Notes: a model not told the origin generated them from the letters alone. DNA of 64,000 nucleotides from Euglena gracilis (GCA_039621445.1 CP154954.1:45487847-45551846); one strand, 5' to 3'; shown: positions 1 through 10,354, counted from the stretch's first letter. A program made the numbers and translations.

Positions 1-551
1 AGGTCAGCTGCGGTGGGAGAGCCATGTGATTTGGCTGGGCAATGTCTTGTGTCTCTCCGGGGTGATGCTAGATGTTGCGGGTCCTGTCCAACTTTGGTGC
101 AGCATCACCGCGGTCATTGCACAAAAAAAAACAGAAAAGAATGAAACATTTCAACAAGACTCGCGGAACCTAGCCACTCTTTCAAGGTAAATTTTGTCAC
201 TTCGTTGAAAACTTTTTAAATGGAAATCCTTCACGATGACAATAGAAGGACCCAAAAATCGGACGGAATTGTCAGAATTACAGCCGGCGCCCCTATTTTT
301 TGAAACGCTTTGACACATTCTTGAAACGTTTTGACAGAGCTTTTGAAATATTTTGACGGTATTCAGGAAACGTTTTGACAAGGTTTTTGGACGTTGCTGT
401 GCGCAAATTTTGAAATACTTTGACAAAATCTTTGAAATGTTTTGACAAAATCTTTCAAACAAATTTGACAAAATCTTTGAGACTTTTTGACAAATTTTTG
501 GTGCATTTCCATGTCATTATGTCATTGTATGGCCAATGTCTGTCCCGCAGG

Positions 552-3500
552 ATGCCTCGTCTGAGGTCCACCAATGTCCGCCGACCAAGGATTGCACCTG
601 CAGTGTTGCGTTCTTTCAAATTGTTTGTCATTGAGCATCCTGATCATACATCTCTTTAACCACCTTGAGAAGAGTTGCTTTTGGAATGTGCATGTGGCGG
701 GGATTCAAAGGAAGGTCCTGGAGGGGGATCTCATAAGGTCCTGGGACTTTCTCCTGGTTTGTAAAGGAGGGGGGGGATGGGAAGTTCCTGGCCTCCTTGG
801 GGGGAGGGCTTATGTTTGCCCTCCTGAAAAAGGCAGAAAAGGGTTCCAGGGAAAAAGGGCAGAATGTGCTCAAGCATGATTGCATTTCTTGTGTGCAACC
901 CATAGGCTGTTAATGAGAAGTCTGATCTCGATGCCAACCTGCGTGAGCTCATGTCACGATCCTCAATCAATGTTGGTTGAATTGTATTTTGTTGTACCTT
1001 CATTCAAAAGATAGATTTTTTGATCCGGTGATGGCTGGGGGTAAAAAGTGTTCAACTTTTTTCTGAATTGCAACCTTAAAACTAACACGGCATTCACCGT
1101 CTTTTTGGAAAGCCTCAAGGATTGCGAACTTCTTTTAAACATCCGTTAAAAAAATGACTTACTTTGAGCTTTCCTTCATTTGAAACTGTTTTCCCGCTGA
1201 TGCCGTCAACCCACAAAGGCCGTTGGCAATGAAGGTGGTTGTTCTTCAAAGACACCAACAGTGTGATCAGTGTGTCGCTTGCGTGCTGAATTAATTGAAT
1301 CTGGCTTTAGTGATCACTACCATGTTGCTGAACGTCCTGGATCTAAACGTGCAAGGAATTTGCTCATGGAATCGAGAGTCAAGAAGATCTTGACGCAAGA
1401 TTGTTCTCTTTCCCTTCGAGCCGTGAAGCGCCGTCTCAGGCGACGAGCAGAGCCTTTTCTCAGTTTTTTTTTTTTCGGACAGTTTTCATTTTGATTGGGT
1501 GAGTGGGGGGTAATCACCTCGTCTGAGCTAAAATTCAAATACACAGCGTTGTAGAGTTGAATATGAATTTTTTCTGAGAAATAAAATGGAATTATTACCG
1601 AATATTCAGATTTCCTTAATTGTTTTCCGAAAAATGAAATAGAACTATTTCCAAACTTTCAGTTTTCCTTAATTAATTGGCACTCAACAGATGACAACCA
1701 ATTGTCGATGAGACTTAGAGAGGGCCTGAGGTTGTTTCCACATCCTTGCATCTGAAAGGACCATCAGGAGGACGTTGAAAAATATGGGCTGGAGCAGGAA
1801 GCGTACATCTCGTGTTCCTGATGTTCGCAACTTGCAGGCAACCCTTTTTTGGATTTCAACTTTTTTTGTTTGTTTTCTGGGAACCAAAAAACGTGCTCAA
1901 CATTTTATTAACCAGCACAAAAAGAAGGGTTGTTGTCATCAAAACCTGGTTGCTCGAAAGCAGTTTGCAATTTGCATCTCTCCACTCAACAACAACCAAT
2001 TGCTTTATTTGGATGAAACCGGATTTAACCTTTGGACGATGCCATTGTTCGGCTGGTCTCCACTAAACCAGCGTGCAAATCAGTTGGTTACTTCACAGCG
2101 GGGATGCGTTTGCATCAACTCTTCTTACTTGTAGTAAGGTCACAATTTTTGATTTGGATTTCCGGTCAGCGTTGATGCAATTCCAACGTTTCAGTTCTTG
2201 TTGTTCTTCATCGGAATGGTGTGCTGTACACAATTTACAAAAAAGCCGTCAGACTGCTTTCCACTTACAATTCACAAACCCAAAAAGTTCTGATTACACC
2301 CCCCTCCCCCGACCGAAAGTGTCAATGTTGAGGGGTCACGGGATCAGCAACAAAGGTATGTGGAAGGCAGGCAGAAATGCTCAGCGTTTCATTGAATTTC
2401 TAAACGTTGTCCTCTTTCCTTGGATTGACGTACAGCCTGTTGTACAACGGCGTCTCATTCTGGAACACAGTTGTGCCATGTCTGCTAATGGAATCATTTT
2501 CACGATGACTTTTTTTTTCATTTGGCTCGTCCCATTCGCCTACCAGATTTTATTTCAAAACAAATTTTTGTTCCAACGGTTCGTGGTAAAAACACATGCA
2601 GCATTGGGCAAGGGTCAACCACAATTGTTTTAAACGGTGAAGTGCCATCGCTCACTCAAACTGTGGCACAAGGGTGATTCTGACAATGTCCGCTTCCACA
2701 AGACTGCAGCTGTGCGTGCCCTTTTTCCACATGCTGCATTGGATTTGGCGTACCTTCCCACATACTCTCCTCATTTGGGGAACTGTTTGTTTGTTGTCAA
2801 TGGAGCCAGGGGAGGTCGGCACACCCCTCCCCCCCCACCGACCCCCTCGCCATGCCATGTCAGGCCCGCCAAAGAAAATTTTCTTGGCAAACCCTCGCGC
2901 ACCCCTCCCCCCCCCATCCGGGACCCCTCGCCACGCCAAACCCCCCCTCCCCCCCCCCTAGCCGGACCCCTCGCCACGGCGTGCCGACCCCCCTAGGGAT
3001 TGCTCCCCCTCACTTACCATGCCCCCCTCCAAAAGGTCAAAATTTTTCTTTCGGCGCTTCGCACTGAAAATTTTTAGCAGTTTTGACCAAATTTTTGCCC
3101 AAAAAATGCCCGTCAATTTGGCCCTAAAAATGGCCAACTTTGATCGCACACCTGTAGAGGAGGGGGGTGTCCCGCCCACCCCCCCCCCTGCTAGCCCACA
3201 GGGAGGACTGGATCACCCTGCCCCTCCTTTCCTGATATTGAACCCTGGCCTACACCCCTCCTAAACGTCAGTGTTCTCATTTCTTCAGCCCCGTTGGCCT
3301 CAAGGAAAACAGAGGTCGGTGCGTGTCATTTTGCTCAGTATGTGGCAAAGGAGTTTCCCACGACCAGTTGAACGCAGTTGAACAATTATTCGGCGTGTTG
3401 AAGCACCGAGTGCGCTCACATCGACCACATCCCACAAACACCGCACAACTGACCAAGGTTTTTTTGCTGTGATTTGACGTTTTGAATAAACTTAGGGATG

Positions 3501-3747
3501 ATCAACTTTTTGTTGTGATGTGTGTGTTATTGCCGGTGTGTTAATTCGTTGAGTTGCAACCTTTCCACAACTTTCATAATTAGTAGGTGGTGTTCAATGT
3601 TCAAAATAGAAAGGGAAAAAAACTGTGGCATTGATGACCCTCATCAGATTGAAGCTCGATGAGCTGGGGGCTGAGCCGCTGTGGCCGTTCTTCAACAACA
3701 CGCGTGAGTGGCTCGATAAGGCCGCCCGCATGATAAAGTTCTTGTAA
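552..3747 (+). CDS. DD34E transposase, 11 exons, 358 aa (exons 552-645, 683-714, 906-964, 1269-1444, 1734-1835, 1938-2107, 2185-2250, 2376-2462, 2682-2772, 3366-3450, 3633-3747)
   Basis: Exons sum to 1077 nt with consistent phases. The spliced protein has an HTH (SLRAVKRRLRRRFHILASERTIRRTLKNMGWSRKR), LYLDETGFNL, QRGCNVSVLVVL, LILDNVRFHK and YLPTYSPQLNAVE, with 34 residues between the second D and the E. The ATG is preceded by an AG (tcccgcagg). The first two junctions are the least certain. Confidence 0.88.
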
Positions 3748-3776
3748 GGGTTCAGTCCTGTGTGATCTGTACAGTC

Positions 3777-4216
3777 ATGGGATTGCTCAGTTGTATCGCC
3801 TGCATTTTGGTGACGGTTTTAGCTGGAAAAGATTCTTGGATGTTTGTGTGAAACAGAAAAAATTGTTGCACATATTTGCACACCACACTGTCCAGTCCTG
3901 TCATCTGTCCTCACATTTCAACTGCTGGCAATTCGTACAAAAGGCACAAATTTTACTTTGCATTATGGGTGTTCTTTTGCAAGTGTTTGGGAGAAAGCAA
4001 ATCATCACCAAAAGCATTGCGGCGTGGGACACGGAAGTCATCCCACACTTGAAACGCAGATTTGGCATGGCCATCTCTGCGTGGCTTGAAAGATACATAC
4101 CCATGTACATCCTCTGAGCTCATATTTTTATGTTCCTATGAAGCCACTGGAGATACATGGGCATGTGATTGAATCACATTGACACATGCTGCAAGTGGTT
4201 TTTCAGTTTATTTTGA
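3777..4216 (+). CDS. Putative second small ORF inside the transposon (91 aa after removing 3842-3877, 3935-3984, 4093-4170), unknown function
   Basis: AG at 3773-3774 then ATG. Three stem-forming segments in the same +4/-6 register splice to one open frame, MGLLSCIACILVTVLAGKDSW...KQIITKSIAAWDTEVIPHLKRRFGMAISAWLERNHIDTCCKWFFSLF*. Confidence 0.4.
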
Positions 4217-6420
4217 TCAATTCAACATCCCTGGAAAGGCGCTCCTGCATTTCACTTTCATCAGTTCCATCCACCATTTCACATTTTTGTTCATTGTTGC
4301 AGTCTATTTTAAGATTAACATCCTGTAGCACAATGAACGCGACTCTTCCTCCCATTCCACCAATGACAAAATCCACCCCCCCCCTCAAAAATGTGGATGC
4401 TCAAAAATCGCGCCCACAATGGATCAAAGATTGTGTCCAGAACGCTCCAAAGATTTTGTCAAAATATTTCTGGAATTGGTCAAAATCTTCCTAAAATTTT
4501 GTCAAAAAAATCCAAAGATCTTGTCAAAAAATTTCAAGAATCGAGTCAAAGTCATGTCAAAGATTTTGTCATTCTTGACTCAAGAATACGGGCGTTAGCT
4601 GTAGTCAAAAAAAAATGGCAAAATTGTGTGTACCATGCCCCCCCCCCCTCCCGAGCTATTCCCATAGGGGGGGGGGGACGGGAATAGCTGTCATTGCACT
4701 TTTCACCAAGGAATTCCCCAAAAAGTTGTCAAAAATCGACGTTTTTGGGACGTTTTCAGAAATCACTTTTTGGCAAATGTGTTTTTCGGGGGTTCGCGAC
4801 TATGAAGGACGGGGCCCAGGTGGCCAATTAGGGGGGGTAACCCCCCCCTAATTGTCCCCCCCCCTTATTGGCCAGAAGGGGGGTCCGGGCCGCCCGGGGG
4901 GTCACGTTATTGGTGTTGGTAATCGTAATCCTGAAAAAAGCCCAGGGGGGTCCCGATAAAACCCGATATATTGACCCCCCCGGTATCCTCGATAAATCCG
5001 ATAAATTCGATGTGGAGATGGGAAAAAAAAGACCCAAGTACCATGCCCCCCCCCCCCGAGCTATTCCCGTCCCTGGGACCCTTTACGGCCCAATGGGAAC
5101 AGTACGGGGGGGGACAGCTTGGGGGGGGGGCCTAGGTCCCCCTGTTGCGAGTGGGGAATTCATTAGGTTGTATCAAATGCTGCCGGTTTCATCTGACGGC
5201 TGGTGCAATGCCATCTGCCGCCTCAACGAGCAGAAGCACGGGGGAGGGGGTGTTGGCTGGGACCACCAACCGCCGCCTGAGGGACAGTGGAATTCAAGAT
5301 TGTTACCCACATGACGCAGCCATGCGCCATCTGCTATAAACTGATCACCCCTAACTTCATCTCCTCTAAAGTACAAGTCATTTATACACCCCTTTGAGCA
5401 AGGATGGACATTGATAACCGTGACCCCCCCCTATTTGTCCCCCCCCCTAATTGGCCAGAGCCCAGGTGGCCAATTAGGGGGGGGGGTCCCCATGTGTATT
5501 AACCCTAGTTGGGCGGCTCTTTGGGGTAGCAGGTACCTTGTAGGGGCCAATTTATCACGTTTCTGAACAGCCGGCTGTAGTCCTCAAAAGCCGGGGCTTA
5601 AAAGTTCACAAAGGGGGGGATTGCGAGAAAATGGTGGTCGGCCCGACCGTGGTAAGGGGTGGGGGGTTACTCATTTCAAGGGAAAATGCATTTATTCGGG
5701 TGCCTAAAATTGACCCTTTTTTGCGAACGTCCAAAAAAGTTGCCAAAAATGACCCCTTTTGGGTTGCCCGAGGGTCGGGTATGGGAATTGGCAGTGAAGC
5801 GTGTGTTGTGGGGATGGAGGGAGGCAAAAAAAGCCCTGCAGACGAATGGGTGACACTGCATAGTCTGGGGTTCGGCATGTCTGACGAGGACCCTCGGCCA
5901 CCAGGGGGGGGGGTCTCCATTTTGCCGTGCCGAGGGGGGGTCCACCGTGGCGGACAGCCTGAATTTCCCAAAGGAAAATTCATTGGTATGGTTCGGCACA
6001 TGCTGTGAGGGGGGGTCAGCTGACGGGGGGGGGGGTCCCATTTTGCCGTGCCGAGGGGGTCCGACCACCTGGGGGGGGGTTGCCAAACCTCCCATGGTGC
6101 GCTATAGAGGCAGCAATTTTTTTTCTGGAACTCCACCCACGGTCGTGGTGTGTGGCAACCGCGCCTCCCAATGATGACCCCTTGCATGCAAACAATATCC
6201 TTGTAGTTCTTTGCGACCACAAGCAAACCGTCGTCTTGGCAACCACGGTTGAACAGTCACCTTGGCTTTCCATTGCTCTCTTGGTTTTACTTTTAGAAAA
6301 CCAGCAGGAAAATGTAACCAGCCTAGGCATGTCCAGGAGGCATCAATGTAGCATTCATCCCCTCTAGATGCACTGGCGCTTTCCAAGTGATGGATTTTGT
6401 GGTGGACAGGCCTTTCTACA

Positions 6421-6536
6421 CACAAATTGTGGCTGAGTCCAGATTTCATCCTGAAAACGTGTTCAGGAGGGGGCCCCCGAAGGGGGCCCCCTGAACACGT
6501 TTTCAGGCTGAAATCTGGGCTCAGCCACAAATTTGT
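6421..6536. repeat. ~115 bp foldback hairpin / MITE (second copy ~27926-28041)
   Basis: ACAAATTGTGGCTGAGTCCAGATTTCATCCTGAAAACGTGTTCAGG is inverted at CCTGAACACGTTTTCAGGCTGAAATCTGGGCTCAGCCACAAATTTGT. Confidence 0.85.
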
Positions 6537-8605
6537 TTAAAAACGTGTTCAGAGCCCGCCAAATGCCTGCCCTGAAATTCGTGGTCATGATTCACGCAAG
6601 GGGTCAAAAACGCGAAAATGTGAAGTTCGGACCCCAAAAAACAGCGCCCTAATGGAAAACGTGCCAGACCACAAATGCCTTAATGGAAAACGTGTCATTG
6701 CCACAGATGCATTAATGGAAAACGTGCCTGACCACAGATGTCTTAATGGAAAACGTGTCATTGCCACAAATGCCCTCACTGAAAACGTGTCACCCCCCCC
6801 CCTTTTTCCGCAGCCCTCCTATTATGGCTAAACACACGGCAAACTTTGTGAATGGTCTTTTGATGCCAAGGAGCGGGGGGGGGGAAATGTGTGTCGCATT
6901 TTTTCGCATTTTTGCGTTTTTTTTTGCGCATTTTCTGGATTTTTGGGAAAATGCGCATTTTTGCGCATTTTTTCGCATTTTTTGTGCAATTTTTCGATTT
7001 TTTCGCGCATTTTTTCGATTTTTTGCGCATTTTTCGATTTTTTTCGCGCATTTTTTTGCATCTTAAGAATTTCCGGCTTTTTTTTAACATGTTGCAGTTT
7101 CATTTTGGTTTTTTTTATTTTGATTGTGTATTATCAAATTGCTCTTTGACCAATGTTGCATTGATGCTGAGTTATGTTGTTTGATTTGCGCTCTGTTCGG
7201 CTTTTTGCGCATTTTTTGCATTTTCCCACCTTTTTTTTCACTTTTTGGAGGCATTTTGTCCATATTCAAGAAAAAAGCTTTGGGTGATGAGGTGTGGGTG
7301 TTCATCTAATGATGATGAGGACACTAGGGTTTTCAGAGACCCCGCATCGAATCCTACTCCCCTGGTCACAAGTAAGAAGCACCATGGCTGACATTGTTGG
7401 TTATGGTGAACAGAGAGTGACGCCTTGCTGATGCATTTTTTTTTGGCCAAAAATGCCTTCATTTCAGCTGTTTTTGGTGATTTTGGTTTAATTTTGGGCT
7501 CATTGTTGGAAATTTTCTAAGTCCTTTTTCTCTTAGGAATGTACAAACTCAGCGCATTTTTTGCGCATTTTTTTTGCGCATTTTTTGCACATATTTGCGC
7601 ATTTTTGCGAGGGCCACCCAGCGCATCCCCCCCCCCCCCTGCAAGAAGCCGAAGGTTGACCCCCTTGCTGGCACAGGGCAACACGAAGAAAAAGTCTGGC
7701 TCCGTAGGTGCAGAGCTTGCTGCTGTTGCCAACTGTTTGGAGTTCGCCAAACTGTGTCAACATCGGCAAGCCTCTTATCCTGAGTTGGATGCTTTCTTTG
7801 TTGCCTGGACGGGATGGGAGCTGGAATCCAGCCTCCCATCAGCAGCTCATCATCAGCTACGGCGCGGAACGTTGCTCGGTGGTCAACTTGGGCAAATTTT
7901 TGCGCCCCGCCAAGTGAGGAACACTCGGTCGAAAATCAGGACCTGACTGATGTTCCGTCTGTGTTTCCCACCGCCGAGCAACGTTCCGCTCCTGCTGTCA
8001 GCAGCTCCGTAGCGCCTCCCTCCCCTGACCAACCCCCTGTGCCTCGTGCTGTGTCCCGACTGCCTATAAAACAGGAGAAATGTGGTTTTTGTGGTGTTGC
8101 CATTCCCAAAAATCCAAATTGTGTGGAGCTGAACAAAGTTGTGTGTGACGCCTGCGGTTTGGAATATCATTTTCATTGCCAAGATTTGCGGTGGCCACCA
8201 AAGCATGGCTCTTTTTTGTGTAAATCGTGTCGTGTTCCGTGATGTCCGCCACTCCGTGTCGGAGTGCTCCAAGGCAACGTCTAGCCTTCTGTTGTGTTGT
8301 AGAGTGCCCCCGACCCGCCTCACTCATTGAGGACCACCTCGGCCTCTCAACTGCTCACCGATTTTTCGTGATAGCGATTTTTGCTTCTTGCTCGGGGTTG
8401 CCACAGATGCCTTAATGGAAAACGTGCCTGACCATAAATGCCTTAATGGAAAACGTGTCATTGCCACAGATGCCTTAATGGAAAACGTGCCTGACCACAG
8501 ATGCCTTAATGGAAAACGTGTCATTGCCACAAATGCCCTCATGGAAAACGTGTTCATGACCATGAATTTCAGGGCAGGCATTTGGCGGGCTGAACACGTT
8601 TTTAA
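6537..8605. mobile_element. TTAA-bounded TIR element (Kolobok-like TTAA|RR termini) carrying a PHD-finger ORF
   Basis: TTAA-AAACGTGTTCAGAGCCCGCCAAATGCCTGCCCTGAAATTCGTGGTCATGA ... TCATGACCATGAATTTCAGGGCAGGCATTTGGCGGGCTGAACACGTTT-TTAA. There are 31-32 bp subterminal tandem repeats (TAATGGAAAACGTG core) at ~6648-6790 and ~8400-8555. Confidence 0.75.
7814..8242 (+). pseudogene. PHD zinc finger (C4HC3) ORF fragment in transposon, probably frameshifted from the upstream segment
   Basis: CGFC...VVCDACGLEYHFHC...FLCKSC at 8081-8230. The upstream frame (KSGSVGAELAAVANCLEF...HQLRR) needs a frameshift near 7862 to join it. Confidence 0.7.
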
Positions 8606-8755
8606 GGTTTGCCGTCGGTTACTTTTATGTTTCTTGGCGGGGTACCATGCCCCCTATATAAGACCCCCCCTCGGGAGCCAAAGTCCCAGGGGGGGTCTTA
8701 TTTGGGGGGGCATGGTACCCCGCCAAGAAACATAAAAGTTACCGACGGCAACCTT
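8604..8755. mobile_element. Foldback MITE (second copy ~30273-30425)
   Basis: AAGGTTTGCCGTCGGTTACTTTTATGTTTCTTGGCGGGGTACCATGCCCCC is inverted at GGGGGCATGGTACCCCGCCAAGAAACATAAAAGTTACCGACGGCAACCTT. Confidence 0.85.
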
Positions 8756-8839
8756 GAAACCTTGAACCCGGCCAAAGGGACGGCCTTCGGCCGGCCAGGG
8801 GGGGGGGTCTTATATGGGGGGGATGGTAACCAAATTGCT

Positions 8840-9370
8840 TCGATCAAACCGTGGGTCACCCCTTCTCGCTGTGACGTTGTCTCGTGGGTGTTAGATGCCT
8901 GGGAACAACTGCCCGTAAACGTGTTGGAGAAAGGCATGACGAAGCATGTCCTTGTCCCAGCAACCACAAACCCCAACCTGCCTGCACCTGACATTCCCCT
9001 GCCACCTGTTCCATCCCAAATAGATGAGGTATTGGCAACACTCTCGAACTTGGCCTTACCCCATGAGGCTGGGGAAGAAGAGCAACGCCAAGATGATGCA
9101 ATGGATATGGGTGGCCAAGATACACCAAGGGGGTCCCGGGGGACCCACTCAAAGACAGGTCTCCCAATTGGCACCACAACATGGCAGATGTAGTTGTCAT
9201 AGTGTCCACAATGGAAAGCAGTCTCCTGCACCTTCTCCTGGCGTATATTGTCTGTGAAACACCAAAATACAGAGAACATGAAGTTGGCACGGGGTATGTG
9301 TCATTGAATGCTGTGACATGTGCAATGTACCATGGAGAAAATGGCATTTTGGGCATGGGAGAAGTGCGGT
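8840..9370 (+). pseudogene. Pogo/DDE_1-type transposase C-terminal remnant followed by a decayed PHD-like segment (second copy ~30500-31030)
   Basis: TPSRCDVVSWVLDAWEQLPVNVLEKGMTK resembles the pogo-family PSRxxVxxWVxxAWxxI helix. Downstream GVYCL* and VIECCDMCNVPWRKWHFG are PHD-like. Confidence 0.55.
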
Positions 9371-10155
9371 TGACACAAGGTGTGTTTCACGGACCAACCT
9401 GTCAAACACAAGGGGGGGGGGGTAGCTTTCGTCAATGCATATCACGTCAGTATGTCAAAGCACACCCAACTCCTAGAAAGCCCTCTCCCCCGTAAGCAGT
9501 TAATTGGTGCCTGTTTGTCCGACAGCATTAATGGCAATAGAAAGATCGGTTGGTTGGTACAAGAATTATGCAGCAGTTTGCTTTCTCGTTGTAGAATGCT
9601 CTTTAAAGCAAATGGATGTGCGGGTGGGTGGGTTTATCGGGAAGCAGCTGTGGTGAATGCTTTGGGCCGTCTCTTTCTCTTTCTTAGCCCATCGACAGGG
9701 ATGGCCTTTTTGGGGGTTTTTTTCTTCTTCAAAAAAAAAAAAACAACAAGAAGTGCTTTTGTTGGTTTCAAAAAAACCACTGTCCATTTTTTTTTGGATT
9801 TGGAATTCGCGGCGGGGCATATGGTTGTTTTTTTTTTTTTTTTTTTTTTATTCGCTTCTTTCTTTTTTTTTTTTTTTTTTTTTTTTTTTCCATCTGGTTG
9901 TCTCCTAATGAGAGTTGAGGATCCTGGGAGACGCTGGTTCTGTCCTGAACCCGAACGCCGGTTTAATGCCAAAAAAAATCATGTGTGCTGAAAGGGGCCT
10001 GGCCTGAGCGAGCCGAAACACAGGCGTTCAACCATCTTGCAGAACAATTTTTATGAAGTCCTACAATTCAAGGATCACCTCCATTGCATAGACGTTGCTT
10101 GACCACCTGAAAATTCAAGCCTCGTATACTTCTTTCTGGCTTGCCAGGTATCAGA

Positions 10156-10228
10156 AGGCGAGTGGCCCAGTGGTAGAGCGTGCGGTCGTTGACCCTGCGG
10201 TCGTAGGTACAAAAGAAAACCTCGTCTT
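10156..10228 (+). pseudogene. tRNA-like pseudogene (Asn GTT-like)
   Basis: Acceptor stem AGGCGAG/CTCGTCT, A-box TGGCCCAGTGGTAGAGC, GTT at the anticodon position. The T-arm/B-box is destroyed (GGTACAAAAGAAAA). Confidence 0.5.
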
Positions 10229-10282
10229 TTTTGGTGGGACTTTTATTGGTAAAAATAACTTGTGGAAAAGGTGAAAAGGGTT

Positions 10283-10354
10283 CGTACATGGTGGGAGTCG
10301 AACCCACGACCTCGTACTTGTGAAACGAGCGCTTTACCGCTAAGCTACATGTGT
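10283..10354 (-). tRNA. tRNA-like gene, Val(CAC)-like, probably pseudogene or SINE head
   Basis: Reverse complement ACACATGTAGCTTAGCGGTAAAGCGCTCGTTTCACAAGTACGAGGTCGTGGGTTCGACTCCCACCATGTAC. D- and T-arms are intact, the acceptor stem pairs 5/7, and the anticodon stem pairs poorly in canonical register. Confidence 0.6.

Larger units (their letters stand above)
281..4601 (+). mobile_element. Tc1/IS630-superfamily (DD34E) DNA transposon, apparently full length
   Basis: TA at 279-280 and 4602-4603 flanks imperfect TIRs: left CAGCCGGCGCCCCTATTTTTTGA, right (reverse complement) CAGCTAACGCCCGTATTCTTGA. Subterminal TTTGACA repeats lie at ~308-495 and inverted TGTCAAA repeats at ~4455-4570. A transposase lies inside. 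Confidence 0.88.
4853..9906. repeat. ~5 kb composite repeat, copy 1 (nested transposon fragments and MITEs)
   Basis: Near-identical to ~26357-31481; the ORF track gives the same translations at ~21.5 kb offset. The last ~250 bp are more diverged. Confidence 0.95.

Noticed and set aside
1-120. Hydrophobic coding-like stretch at window start
   Set aside because: Truncated by the window edge, with no recognisable motif or splice partner.
1775-2134. Bacterial IS630 or a simple decayed pseudogene
   Set aside because: The fragments splice into one intact frame by a consistent intron rule, and the surroundings are eukaryotic.
6648-6790. 31-32 bp repeats (also 8400-8555 and in copy 2) as a CRISPR array
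   Set aside because: Units are contiguous with two alternating variants, there are no unique spacers or cas genes, and the context is eukaryotic; these are subterminal transposon repeats.
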